A stretch of DNA of 64,000 nucleotides from Candidatus Poribacteria bacterium. GTDB lineage: Bacteria; Poribacteria; WGA-4E; WGA-3G. Positions 9,971-19,963 of the stretch are shown in pieces (within the stretch, counting starts at the first letter, position 1; each line of letters starts with the position of its first letter). The position numbers and the translations under genes were made by a program. Under the pieces are notes generated by a model. It ran no database searches and was not told the DNA's origin. It saw only the letters and a program-made list of their open reading frames with translations. The stretch lies in contig CBDCOJ010000031.1 in assembly GCA_965219695.1 (NCBI GenBank), positions 203,039 through 267,038 on the forward strand. Reading direction: 5' to 3'.

Positions 9971-10561
9971 ATGAAATGTCCAAATTGTGGCGCTCAAAAT
10001 AAGTTGGATGCTGAACTTTGTGAATACTGCGATCAACCTATTTTTCCGAACAGCTTGGCATCTTATGCACAGGTTGATTCCGACAGGCTTAAAGAATATC
10101 TAAATGCCCTCGAAGTTCTTGCTGACGAGGCCCCACATAATGCTAAGGCAATGCTAACTCTCGGATTAAGCTATTTAGAAACGGGTGCGTATGCATTGGC
10201 ACAGCCGCAATTTGAACAAGTTATTAAGACTGCGCCAAGGGATCCGCAAGTTTATTACTATTATGCCCTAGCAAAAATCGGAGGGAGACTATTAAGGACA
10301 TTGTCTCTTAACGAAGCACGCCAACTCGAAGAGTATCTCAACACGGCGATTCAATTCGACAGGGAAGCAGAAGCACCTCAATACAGATTGCTTCTCGCTA
10401 TGCTAAAAAGGGATTACTATGAAAAAAACGGAATGAAGGTACCCCCTCCCAGTGCTGAAGAGTTGCTGCAGGATATATCTGGAAAGACAATTGACGATGT
10501 GGAACGTGAGCATCTGATAAAATCGGTAAAGGTTTCAGACTTAGAGGAATACAAGTTTTAA
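9971..10561 (+). CDS. Hypothetical protein with an N-terminal zinc ribbon (CPNCG...CEYCD) and a TPR-like helical region
   Basis: A 196-aa ORF with a CxxC-x12-CxxC motif and RBS GGAGA. Confidence 0.5.
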   Translation: MKCPNCGAQNKLDAELCEYCDQPIFPNSLASYAQVDSDRLKEYLNALEVLADEAPHNAKAMLTLGLSYLETGAYALAQPQFEQVIKTAPRDPQVYYYYALAKIGGRLLRTLSLNEARQLEEYLNTAIQFDREAEAPQYRLLLAMLKRDYYEKNGMKVPPPSAEELLQDISGKTIDDVEREHLIKSVKVSDLEEYKF

Positions 10562-10752
10562 TCATGAGTGATTAATGGCGAAATAAAATCTAAAGTTCGT
10601 AGATCCAAATCAACGCAGAATACGCGTCAGGTTTCGCAAGTTCTACTCACAGCATGCCCAAAAGGCATTCATACCGTTGATTTGGCGCATTCGTCTTTAG
10701 GCATTCCCCGCCTACCTTGGGTAATAAATCGGGCTTAGAAAGCCCTCCAACA

Positions 10753-10797
10753 ATGTAAGAGGCGCAATGAATTGCGCGACTCCAAACGCTTACATTC
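10753..10797. repeat. Palindromic intergenic repeat (gtaagaGGCGCAATGAATTGCGCGACTccaaacgcttac); a second copy lies at 48935-48970
   Basis: The 30-bp core is near-identical at both loci and contains the perfect palindrome GCGCAAT-GA-ATTGCGC. Confidence 0.5.
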
Positions 10798-11080
10798 TTA
10801 AATTGACGCATAAGGTGCGGCTTCCTACCGCACTGGACTCTACAAGAAATTGAAAATTACCCGAATTAAATTCTTAATCTTCATTCAAGGGCTTTAAGAG
10901 GAAATGCGTAAGTCTTGGTTTACGTTTCAGGACGTATGCATTCACCCTACCCACCATTTTAATTGGCATTTCTCCTTAAAATCATGTAAAATTATTCGTA
11001 AACGATGTAGAAAAACAGACGTTAAGTCTATTAGTGCAATTCTTGAACTCATTTGAATGAACATGTGAGAGTACCCCGCT

Positions 11081-12868
11081 ATGCCAGAATCTAATCAACC
11101 CGTAGACTATTTAGAACGGCTTCGCCATTCAACTGCACATATTATGGCGTATGCCGTGCAACAACTGTTTCCTGATGGTGAACACACTGTCAAATTGGCA
11201 ATCGGTCCTCCAATAGAAAACGAATTCTATTACGATATGGAGGTGCCGCGTCCAATTACACCTGACGATTTTCCTGAAATCGAAAAGCACATGAAGGCGA
11301 TGATTAAAGCCAATGTGTTTTTTGTACAGGAAACTTGGACTTATGAACAAGCCCGTGAATGGTTCGCTGAACGCAACCAGACATTTAAACTTGAATTAAT
11401 AGATGGAATTTCTGACCGCGAAGTCAGCGCGTCAAATGAAGGTGTTGCAGACGAAGGTGTCTCTATCTATCACAACGGCGACTTTACCGATCTCTGCAAA
11501 GGTCCGCACATTGAAAAGACAGGCGAATGCAGACATTTCAAGCTGCTCCGCGTCTCAGGTGCATACTGGCGGGGTGATAGCAATCGTGAGCAGTTACAAC
11601 GGATATATGGCACAGCGTGGGAAACAAAAAACGATCTACAAGCGTATCTGAAACAACGTGAAGAAGCAGCAAAGCGCGACCATCGGAAATTGGGACGTGA
11701 ATTAGAACTCTTTCAGATGCATCCTGAATCTCCGGGGAGTGTGTTTTGGCTTCCGAAAGGTGCGTTCATTTACAATCATTTGTCCGAAAAGGTTAGAAAA
11801 CTCAATCTCAGTGAAGGTTACCAAGAGGTTCGGACACCGCTTATCTATGATAGTAGCCTATGGGAAACTTCGGGACATTGGGAACACTTCAAAGACGATA
11901 TGTTTCTGATTGAAAATGAGGAAGGTGATCCAACAAGTGCGCTTAAACCGATGAATTGTCCAGCGCACATGCTTATTTACAAAAGCGTACGCCACAGTTA
12001 TCGTGATTTGCCATATCGGCTGCATGACCAAGGGGTATTACATCGTAATGAAGCAACAGGGACGTTGAGTGGTTTGTCTCGTGTTCGCCAATTGTGTCAA
12101 GACGATGCACACAACTTCGTAACTGAAGACCAAATAGCAGATGAATACGAACGCATCCTTGGTCTTTTCCAACGTATCTACGGCACATTTGATCTGCCGT
12201 TCCGATGTGATTTCAGCACACGCAATCCTGATAAATTTATGGGGGATGTAGATGTCTGGAATAGGGCTGAAGATATACTTGAATCTGTGCTGAAAAATAA
12301 CCAGATTGAGTACACTGTTGATCCAGGAGAAGCAGCGTTTTATGGACCAAAACTTGATTTTCAAGTTCGAGACTCGCTCAACCGAGATGTTCAATGTGCT
12401 ACAGTTCAACTTGATTTTCAGCTGCCTGAAAGGTTTGAATTGATTTACATTGCACCAGATGGCTCTGAAAAGAGACCGGTAGTTATCCATCGCGCGATTT
12501 GCGGAAGTTTTGAACGGTTCATAGCAATGCTCATTGAGCACTATGCAGGTGCTTTTCCAACATGGCTTTCCCCTGTTCAATGCGTTGTAATGACAATCAG
12601 TCAAAAATTCGTTGATTACGCAACGGAAATTCAGCAGATTTTACTACAGAAAAATTGCCGTGTTGTGTTAGATAATAGTGATGACAAAATTGGAGCGAAA
12701 ATACGTCAAGCCCGTCTGCAGCGGGTTCCATATATGTTAATTATTGGTGAACGCGAACAACAAAACCGAACTGTCAGTGTCAGAAGCCGCGATGAAGGCG
12801 ATATCGGAGCAATGCCGCTTGATAGTTTCGTTGATAGAATAATTTCTGAAGTCGATTTAGATTTCTAA
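11081..12868 (+). CDS. thrS: Threonine--tRNA ligase (lacks the N-terminal TGS domain; begins at the editing domain)
   Basis: Class II aaRS motifs, FTDLCKGPH, HRAICGSFERFIAMLIEHY, and a C-terminal anticodon-binding domain. 595 aa. Confidence 0.9.
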   Translation: MPESNQPVDYLERLRHSTAHIMAYAVQQLFPDGEHTVKLAIGPPIENEFYYDMEVPRPITPDDFPEIEKHMKAMIKANVFFVQETWTYEQAREWFAERNQTFKLELIDGISDREVSASNEGVADEGVSIYHNGDFTDLCKGPHIEKTGECRHFKLLRVSGAYWRGDSNREQLQRIYGTAWETKNDLQAYLKQREEAAKRDHRKLGRELELFQMHPESPGSVFWLPKGAFIYNHLSEKVRKLNLSEGYQEVRTPLIYDSSLWETSGHWEHFKDDMFLIENEEGDPTSALKPMNCPAHMLIYKSVRHSYRDLPYRLHDQGVLHRNEATGTLSGLSRVRQLCQDDAHNFVTEDQIADEYERILGLFQRIYGTFDLPFRCDFSTRNPDKFMGDVDVWNRAEDILESVLKNNQIEYTVDPGEAAFYGPKLDFQVRDSLNRDVQCATVQLDFQLPERFELIYIAPDGSEKRPVVIHRAICGSFERFIAMLIEHYAGAFPTWLSPVQCVVMTISQKFVDYATEIQQILLQKNCRVVLDNSDDKIGAKIRQARLQRVPYMLIIGEREQQNRTVSVRSRDEGDIGAMPLDSFVDRIISEVDLDF

Positions 12869-12960
12869 TAACATATCTTTTGCTGAAGCGGGTTTTATTC
12901 ACCTGCTTAGGAGTAGATATTTTACCTGCTCCTAAAACATATTTAAAAGGAGCGAATCAA

Positions 12961-13563
12961 ATGTACAAAATATTGTCATGCTTACTACTTATCGGAATGA
13001 TCGCTTTCAGCGGATGTGGCCCCTCCACACAGGTCACCCGTATTGATCCAGATACCACCATTGATCTCTCTGGTAGATGGAATGACACAGATTCCCGCGA
13101 TGTCGCTGAAAGTATGATTGCTGACTGTTTAAGCCACGTTTGGATTAACAATCACAATACAGCAGCCGGTAAAAAACCCGTTGTGATTGTAGGTGGAATT
13201 CGCAATAAAACTACAGAGCATATCGCCACACAAACATTTATTGGTGATATTGAAAAGGCGTTTGTCAATTCTGGAAAGGTTGGGGTTGTTGCCAGTAGTA
13301 GCGAACGCGGTGAAATTCGGGAAGAGCGTGAGGATCAGAGTGAACACGCAGCACTTGAAACCATCAAGCGGATGGGACAAGAAAAAGGTGCTGATTACAT
13401 GCTGACCGGTGAAATTAACACTATCGAGGATAGCAAATCCGGAGAACAAACCATCTCGTATCAGACCGATCTTACTTTGACCAACATTGAGAGCAATGAA
13501 AAAGTTTGGATTGGTCAGAAAGAAATTAAGAAATATATTGGACGAAAAAAGTTAAAATTGTAG
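12961..13563 (+). CDS. LpoB-like (COG3417) outer-membrane lipoprotein, a putative PBP1B activator homolog
   Basis: The start MYKIL follows AAAGGAG, with lipobox FSGC. The C-terminal GADYMLTGEI....LTLTNIESNEKVWIGQK pattern resembles E. coli LpoB (GAHYVLYS...LQMQLMLVQTGEIIWSGK). Confidence 0.55.
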   Translation: MYKILSCLLLIGMIAFSGCGPSTQVTRIDPDTTIDLSGRWNDTDSRDVAESMIADCLSHVWINNHNTAAGKKPVVIVGGIRNKTTEHIATQTFIGDIEKAFVNSGKVGVVASSSERGEIREEREDQSEHAALETIKRMGQEKGADYMLTGEINTIEDSKSGEQTISYQTDLTLTNIESNEKVWIGQKEIKKYIGRKKLKL

Positions 13564-13642
13564 TCCAATTCAATACATTCTTTAGTTAAATTGTTGGGCG
13601 GGGCTAATTCCCGCCTATTATAATTTTAAAATCTGTAATACA

Positions 13643-14986
13643 ATGACCAAAATATTTCCCTTTCTCCTTATTTTTGCTCTAATGATGGGGTGCGCTGGCT
13701 ATAAGTTCCAAGAAGTCAAAACCGACTTGGAAACGGGTAAGCCAGCAGACGCTTACAATTACCTTAAAAAACACGCTCCGAAAAAACCTGATATCCCGCA
13801 TCATTATGAATTAGGAATGTCTGCTCATTACGCTGATCTCTTTCCAGAAAGCAGCAAGGCATTTGAAGTAGCGGAAATGATCGCAGAAGATCGCTTCACC
13901 AAAAGCGTTTCTAAAGAAGCTTTATCGCTTATTACCACTGATAAACTCCGTCCTTATGCCGGCACCCGATACGAGAGGTTGTTGAGTCACTATTACCATG
14001 CGCTAAACTATATATATCTGAATAAGTTAGACGATGCGTTGGTAGAATGCCGCCGTGCCACTAATCTAATTCAATATTTCAAAGGTGAAGAGAAGGAGTA
14101 TAATTTCTTTGGTACTGGGTTTCTTGCTCATTTCTGCGGCATGGTGTTTGAAGCAGCGGGAGAGTGGAATGATGCTTTTATCTCATATAGGCAAGCAGAA
14201 GAATACTATAAAAATGCTGCAAAGCTAACTGGTGTACCAACCCCTAAAGATGTAGGTCATTCTTTGGTGCGAATGGCACGCAAGCTCAGCTTTACTGAGG
14301 AATATGAGCGTTACCGTAAGCAATACGGTGACCCGCCTCCACTACCAGAAAACCATGGCGAGTTGATCCTCTTTTACGAAACCGGTTATGTCCCACGTAA
14401 ACGAGAAGAGACCTTGACGTTTCCTATCCTCAAAACCGATAAAGTTGACAAAGATAATGCCAGTGAGTTTGCTGTCACGCTTAGAACACGCGAAGGGTTA
14501 GTCGTTGAGGAAATAAAACTGGAATATCTTTTACATGTGGCAATGCCGACAATCCGTTCTAATCGTCCACATTTCGCAGGGATTCGTGTTTCTGCTGGAG
14601 AAGAGATAGCCGATGGTGTGTTAATAGAGGATATAGAAACCATGGCAATTGAAACACTTGAATCTGAACGTCCTATAATACTTATTCGGACTTTGGCACG
14701 TGCCTTACTAAAATACTTAACATTCCGTGAAGCAAAGAAGCAAAATAAAGTTTTAGGAGCAGTTGTCAATCTCGCGGGTGTGCTAACTGAAAGTGCAGAT
14801 ACGCGTTCGTGGCAAACACTGCCTAATCAGATTTTTATGGTGCGGATGTCACTCCCTGCTGGTACTCACAAGGTCAACCTCTCTTTTTTAAATACTAACG
14901 GAAATATTAAAAAAAGTGAGTCTATAAAGGATGTAAAAATCTCTCCGAATCAGATTACTATTTTCAATTACCGAACATACAAGTAA
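13643..14986 (+). CDS. Hypothetical lipoprotein (447 aa) with a TPR-like N-terminal region, adjacent to lpoB-like
   Basis: Signal peptide with lipobox MMGCAG. No catalytic motifs are recognised. The neighbourhood with a COG3417 gene is reminiscent of the conserved COG3417/COG3014 lipoprotein clusters (recalled from memory, not checked). Confidence 0.45.
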   Translation: MTKIFPFLLIFALMMGCAGYKFQEVKTDLETGKPADAYNYLKKHAPKKPDIPHHYELGMSAHYADLFPESSKAFEVAEMIAEDRFTKSVSKEALSLITTDKLRPYAGTRYERLLSHYYHALNYIYLNKLDDALVECRRATNLIQYFKGEEKEYNFFGTGFLAHFCGMVFEAAGEWNDAFISYRQAEEYYKNAAKLTGVPTPKDVGHSLVRMARKLSFTEEYERYRKQYGDPPPLPENHGELILFYETGYVPRKREETLTFPILKTDKVDKDNASEFAVTLRTREGLVVEEIKLEYLLHVAMPTIRSNRPHFAGIRVSAGEEIADGVLIEDIETMAIETLESERPIILIRTLARALLKYLTFREAKKQNKVLGAVVNLAGVLTESADTRSWQTLPNQIFMVRMSLPAGTHKVNLSFLNTNGNIKKSESIKDVKISPNQITIFNYRTYK

Positions 14987-15029
14987 CCTATCCATAAGCC
15001 AAATTTCTAATCGCAATAGAGCAATAAAC

Positions 15030-16190
15030 ATGCAACGTATTTATCTTGATTACAATGCCACAACCCCACTCCGTCCTGAAGTCCGAGACGCGATGATGCC
15101 GTTCCTGACAGAGGCATTCGGTAACGGCTCCAGCATTCACGCCTATGGACGTGAGGCACGCAACGCAATTGATACAGCGCGCGAACAGGTAGCAGAACTC
15201 ATCAGTGCTAAAAGTCCCAGTGAAATTGTGTTTACCGGAAGCGGTACAGAAGCAGATAACCACGCTATTAAAGGTCTGACCGAACTCCAAAAAAGTCGAG
15301 GTGAAGGAAATCACATCATCACTTCATCGGTTGAACATCACGCTGTTCTACATACTTGTCAATATCTTGAGCAACGTGGTTTTGAGGTGACCTATCTTCC
15401 GGTAGATCGATATGGACGTATTGAGATAGAACAACTCCGTTCTGCCATCCGCGATACAACGATTCTGATTTCCATTATGCATGTTAACAATGAAAACGGC
15501 ACTATTCAACCGCTGGAAGAAATTTGTCAGATTGCGCAGGAACATGAAATACCCGTGCATACCGATGCAGTACAATCAATCGGCAAATTGGAGGTAAATG
15601 TGCAGGAACTCGGTGTTAACCTGTTATCGCTTTCGGGACACAAAATATATGCTCCAAAAGGTATTGGCGTATTATACATCCGCCGCGGTGCTCGTTTGGC
15701 AAACCTTGTGCATGGTGGTTCGCATGAACGCAATAGACGGGCGGGGTCTGAAAATGTACCTGCTATTGTCGGACTTGGTGCTGCAGCAGAACTCGCTAAA
15801 CAAGAACTTGACGTTTACGCACAACACCTGAACAAATTAACCTATCGGTTACGCGAAGGGCTAAACGCAAACATTGAGCGGTTACACTACAATGGACATC
15901 CTGATCACTGTGCCCCCGGCACACTTAACGTCTCTTTTGAGGCAGTGGAAGGCGAAAGTCTTATCTTGCGACTGGATATGGAGGGAATCTGTGTGTCAAC
16001 AGGGTCTGCGTGTACGTCTGGGTCTATGGAACCGTCACATGTGCTTGCTGCCCTTGGACTACCTCCCAGGTTAGCACAGGGAACAGTTCGGTTTTCGCTT
16101 GGCAGAAATACGGCTGAAGAGGAAATTGATACGGTAATTGCCAAATTACCCAAAGTCATTAAGCAGATGCGGACGTTGTATAGAGGATGA
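15030..16190 (+). CDS. Cysteine desulfurase (NifS/IscS family, PLP-dependent)
   Basis: SGHKIYAPKGIGVLY contains the PLP lysine, and the active-site Cys lies in GSACTSG. 386 aa. Confidence 0.85.
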   Translation: MQRIYLDYNATTPLRPEVRDAMMPFLTEAFGNGSSIHAYGREARNAIDTAREQVAELISAKSPSEIVFTGSGTEADNHAIKGLTELQKSRGEGNHIITSSVEHHAVLHTCQYLEQRGFEVTYLPVDRYGRIEIEQLRSAIRDTTILISIMHVNNENGTIQPLEEICQIAQEHEIPVHTDAVQSIGKLEVNVQELGVNLLSLSGHKIYAPKGIGVLYIRRGARLANLVHGGSHERNRRAGSENVPAIVGLGAAAELAKQELDVYAQHLNKLTYRLREGLNANIERLHYNGHPDHCAPGTLNVSFEAVEGESLILRLDMEGICVSTGSACTSGSMEPSHVLAALGLPPRLAQGTVRFSLGRNTAEEEIDTVIAKLPKVIKQMRTLYRG

Positions 16191-16307
16191 TAGAAACCCA
16201 TAAACTGAAAGTATTAAACATCGTAATAGATGAATTTTATTGCTACACAGGTTTTTGCATGGTATGATAGGATTGCAACTTGGACATACATTATAGAGGA
16301 AATTCAG

Positions 16308-16793
16308 ATGAAACCTGCAAACAAATTATCATCTGCAGAAACATATTTTCAGTCAGGGAACAAAAAGAGTGAGTTGGGTGATTATAGTGGTTCTATAATT
16401 GATTATGATGCGGCAATCGATCTAAAACCAGATTTTGCGTATGTATATTACAACCGAGGAATTGCAAAAGATAAACTGGGAAAGATTTGTGACGCGGAGT
16501 CGGATTTTCAGATCGCTGGCGATTTAGCAAAACAGACAGGCGATGTTGCTCTCAAAATCACAATTGAACAACGGCTGCGATTGAGTCGAATTACTTTGAA
16601 TCCACAGCAGTGTGGAGGACGTCCATGCATTCGAGGTATGAGAATTCGAGTTACAGATGTCTTGGGATTGCTTGCAAGCGGGCTCTCCTTTAATGAGATT
16701 CTTGAAGAAATGCCGGATCTGGAATCCGAAGATATTCTTGCTTGTTTGCAGTTCGCTGCAAATAAAATGGACGTTCCCATACTGACCGCATGA
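16308..16793 (+). CDS. TPR-repeat / DUF433 fusion protein (antitoxin-like)
   Basis: TPR motifs (AETYFQSGN...YYNRGIAKDKLG) are followed by the DUF433 signature CGGRPCIRGMRIRV.DVL....G.S..EILEE.P.L..EDI.ACL.FA. Confidence 0.55.
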   Translation: MKPANKLSSAETYFQSGNKKSELGDYSGSIIDYDAAIDLKPDFAYVYYNRGIAKDKLGKICDAESDFQIAGDLAKQTGDVALKITIEQRLRLSRITLNPQQCGGRPCIRGMRIRVTDVLGLLASGLSFNEILEEMPDLESEDILACLQFAANKMDVPILTA

Positions 16794-17130
16794 AGTTTTG
16801 GATTGATGCCCAACTTTCACCAGCCCTTGCACCTTGGATCAGTGACACTTTTGCTATTGAAGCATTCTCTGTTCAACGGTTTGGGCTACGAAACGCAAGT
16901 GATGAAGAAATCTTCTTTGCCGCACGGACCGAAAAGGTAGTTGTGTTAACAAAGGATAGTGATTTTCTTAATTTATTACAGCGATTTGGCCCCCACCGCA
17001 GATTGTTTGGATAACATGCGGCAATATTCCAAATGCTGTTATGCGCGAAATTCTGCACCAACATCTCCCAAATGTCATTTCACGTTTACAAACTGGTACT
17101 TCCTATATACAAATCCCTGAATTCACATAA
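16790..17130 (+). CDS. DUF5615 (Mut7-C/PIN-like) protein, a toxin-like partner of DUF433; interrupted by a 1-nt frameshift
   Basis: MKFWIDAQLSPALAPWISD is a typical DUF5615 N-terminus. The frame is lost at the C5 run 16990-16994. Adding one C gives ..GPPPQIVWITCGNIPNAVMREILHQHLPNVISRL.., which matches the family C-terminus. A 4-bp overlap with the upstream gene (ATGA). Confidence 0.5.
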
Positions 17131-17146
17131 CCAGCACTGAACACCA

Positions 17147-19768
17147 CTACACTTTCTTTGGATTCCAGAATGCACAGATTACAGCAGTAATCGGAATTGC
17201 TAACACCAAACCGAGTGTCCCCGCAAGCAATCGCACGATCTCTGCTGACACGACTCCAAGGCTCAATAACTGCACTGTTGGTTCTTTAAAGAATTCAAGA
17301 TTTGGTGCTGCTATTGCTATCACCAACAACAACTCCGCGCCAAGATAAGCAAATACTAACGTATTTACCATTGTTCCCAGAATATCGGTCCCGACATTGA
17401 GACCGGATGCAATCAATCGCCACGTCGGCATATTTGGATTTGCACGCCGAATTTCCTCCATACTTGATGCCACCTCAATCGCACCGTCAACTGCTACCCC
17501 CAAAACTCCCATTAGCATGCCTGCCAACAGAATTTGTACAAAATCAAAGGGCGGTGTCCGCGTTGCCTCGACAATATCTGCAGCAATTGCACTCTCTAAC
17601 CCAGTAAAATGCAACTGCTTTTGTGCAAACAGGACAATTAGACCCGCAACAAGTATTCCACCCATTGTTCCCAACACAGCGGAATAGGTTTTCCGACTCG
17701 GACCGATCACAAACACTAACGACACAAAAGCGACTACCCCTGAAGTTAATGTTACAACGAAAACAGCGTTCATGCCCTGTGAGATTAACGGCAGCATAAA
17801 GAAGTAAATGACCGCACCAGAAATCAGCATTGCACACACGGTACGGATACCTTCAATTCTACCGACAAGTATGATAAGTAAAAACATCCCACCGACAAAC
17901 CAGATAAGATATTTATCGCGCGCATATTCTTGCACAATGTTTACAAGGCTAATCTGTTTAGAGTCACCACCAATCTTACAAAGCACAATATCCCCCGGCT
18001 CTGCAGGAATGCTTAACAACGGCATGCTGTGGTTCACAATATTTCGTAATACCAAATGTTCACCTTTATGCATGCCGCTTAACATCTTAACCTCAAGCAC
18101 ATGATTTTCAGTTTCAGCATCATATACGTTGAGATTGCTTGTTCCATCATGCGTGATCCGAATACTGTAAGTCTGTTCGTACTCTGCATCGGAAATCAAC
18201 CACCGACTGTCTTTCCACGGTTTTATTGAGATAGTCACATCATCAGATAAATTAATTCTATTGTTAGCAAATGCCTCTCGTAATGCCGAAGGCACAATTC
18301 TCTTGTCTAAATCAGTTGTATTAGTTCCATCAATAGTAAATAGAAGATCCCCAGTTGATTCAAGCAATCGGATTACTTTCCCTTTCGCATACTCCGATTT
18401 GTCAGTAAGTTGTCCCTGCTCGTCCTTGTATTCCAAAATTGTAGCAGAGAGTCCACGCGTACGATAGTAAACAAAAATTGTTCCGACCAGCACAAGAATC
18501 AATGCAATTGGTATTGCAATTCGGCTTGAAAAAACTCGAACTCCGCCCTGTGTTGTTTCGTCACCGAATAATTCTTCCAATTCCTCCTCCGTAGGCAAAT
18601 TTTGGTGTATTTCTGACCGCCTTACTTTTGTATATTTGGTAAGAAAACCCGCTACCGTGGCTGCAATCGGAACAGTAAGGACTAATCCGATTGTTCCGAC
18701 AACCGCCTGAATAATAGCAACTGTTGTTGCCTCTTCATTGACCAATCGCAGAAACGGATATAAGAAACCTGCTTCAGGAAAATCGATGCGTGGCAACAAC
18801 ATTGTGATCATGTGTGCACCGAGGTAAGCGAAAATGAGTGTATCCGCCATCGTCCCCATAATATCCCGTCCCACGTTCAATCCCGCACGGATCGCTTGTC
18901 GCACATTTATGTTCGGATTCACTTGTTTGACTTCATGCACACTTGAGGAGATGGACATGCTGACATCCATCATGGCACCAACTGCACCTAAAATGATACC
19001 AGCAGATAGGATACCTGTGAAATTCCAATGGTGTGATTCTGGTGTGCGCCAGAGTGCAATCCCAAGTTCCAGAAAACCAAATTCTTGTGCTAATCCTGTC
19101 AGTGCCATCAGATGTTGACTAAGGATAGAAAGGACACCAACAGCGGTCAAACCGCCAAGCGTTCCGAGCACACCTGAGATAACTTTGAAACTAAATCCTG
19201 TGATGAGAAGGAAGGTCGTCAATGTGAGCAGGGCTGCAATCAACAACGCTACGACGATCGGGTTATAGCCCATGATAGTTAGTGGGATAAGAAGATAAAG
19301 GATAGAAAGGGCAGTAACAAACAGTGTCAGAATTGCTCGGACACCCTTCATTCCTGCAACAAGTATCATCAAAACCCCTAAAGTGCCCGCGAGATAAAGC
19401 AAAAATGGTGTACGAAAGTAATGACCTATTGATACAGTGTTTATTTTTGGATTCTGAGGATCACGGATTGGAATATCAAGAAACAGTACATCACCTTTGC
19501 TCAAGACACGATCACTGAAAGCACGACCAATCCAGATATTATCTACTTGGACTGTTTCGCCACGGAACTGTCCAGAGAGAATCCGGATAGAAAGTATTTG
19601 GTCTGCCTCATCACTTGTATCTATGTTAATTACCCGTCCTAAGCATACCAGAACCTGCAACTCACCATCTTTCGTCATCTCAGCGAAACGATAAAGTTTC
19701 ACATGTAAAAAGGCAACGCAAAATAGAATAAGTAAAATGCCGACAAATTTGATGTGTGTTTCGCGCAT
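17147..19768 (-). CDS. Tandem-duplicated YibE/F-family integral membrane protein (873 aa)
   Basis: There are two copies of the architecture N-terminal TM, extracytoplasmic domain, then a multi-TM core with the motif GLNVG(R/T)DI(M/L)GTM.NTL.FAYLGA at aa about 290 and about 760. Confidence 0.7.
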   Translation of the reverse strand: MRETHIKFVGILLILFCVAFLHVKLYRFAEMTKDGELQVLVCLGRVINIDTSDEADQILSIRILSGQFRGETVQVDNIWIGRAFSDRVLSKGDVLFLDIPIRDPQNPKINTVSIGHYFRTPFLLYLAGTLGVLMILVAGMKGVRAILTLFVTALSILYLLIPLTIMGYNPIVVALLIAALLTLTTFLLITGFSFKVISGVLGTLGGLTAVGVLSILSQHLMALTGLAQEFGFLELGIALWRTPESHHWNFTGILSAGIILGAVGAMMDVSMSISSSVHEVKQVNPNINVRQAIRAGLNVGRDIMGTMADTLIFAYLGAHMITMLLPRIDFPEAGFLYPFLRLVNEEATTVAIIQAVVGTIGLVLTVPIAATVAGFLTKYTKVRRSEIHQNLPTEEELEELFGDETTQGGVRVFSSRIAIPIALILVLVGTIFVYYRTRGLSATILEYKDEQGQLTDKSEYAKGKVIRLLESTGDLLFTIDGTNTTDLDKRIVPSALREAFANNRINLSDDVTISIKPWKDSRWLISDAEYEQTYSIRITHDGTSNLNVYDAETENHVLEVKMLSGMHKGEHLVLRNIVNHSMPLLSIPAEPGDIVLCKIGGDSKQISLVNIVQEYARDKYLIWFVGGMFLLIILVGRIEGIRTVCAMLISGAVIYFFMLPLISQGMNAVFVVTLTSGVVAFVSLVFVIGPSRKTYSAVLGTMGGILVAGLIVLFAQKQLHFTGLESAIAADIVEATRTPPFDFVQILLAGMLMGVLGVAVDGAIEVASSMEEIRRANPNMPTWRLIASGLNVGTDILGTMVNTLVFAYLGAELLLVIAIAAPNLEFFKEPTVQLLSLGVVSAEIVRLLAGTLGLVLAIPITAVICAFWNPKKV

Positions 19769-19963
19769 TTTTCCTCTCGGTTTTTGTGCAGTCTAACAAA
19801 GATATTAGAGCAAATTATATGCCAATACAAAAATATCGTGCTTCCGAGAAAACACACTTAAGCACTCACTACAGTTGCACGATAAGGGGCAGAACAAATT
19901 AAAAAGCACAAATTCGGGCAGCTTTATCAAATTAGTATAGAATAAGGTATCATATCTGTAATT

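Noticed and set aside
10562-11080. T-box or operator leader for thrS in the 520-bp upstream region
   Set aside because: No T-box consensus (AATTAGGGTGGNACCGCG) or tRNA-Thr anticodon-arm mimic was recognisable. The region mainly carries the dispersed palindromic repeats.
17397-19694. Several 60-100-aa plus-strand ORFs inside the yibE/F gene, and similar small ORFs inside glnD, uvrC, thrS and others
   Set aside because: They are fully embedded in long, well-supported genes on the opposite strand or in other frames, with no RBS or conservation signal.
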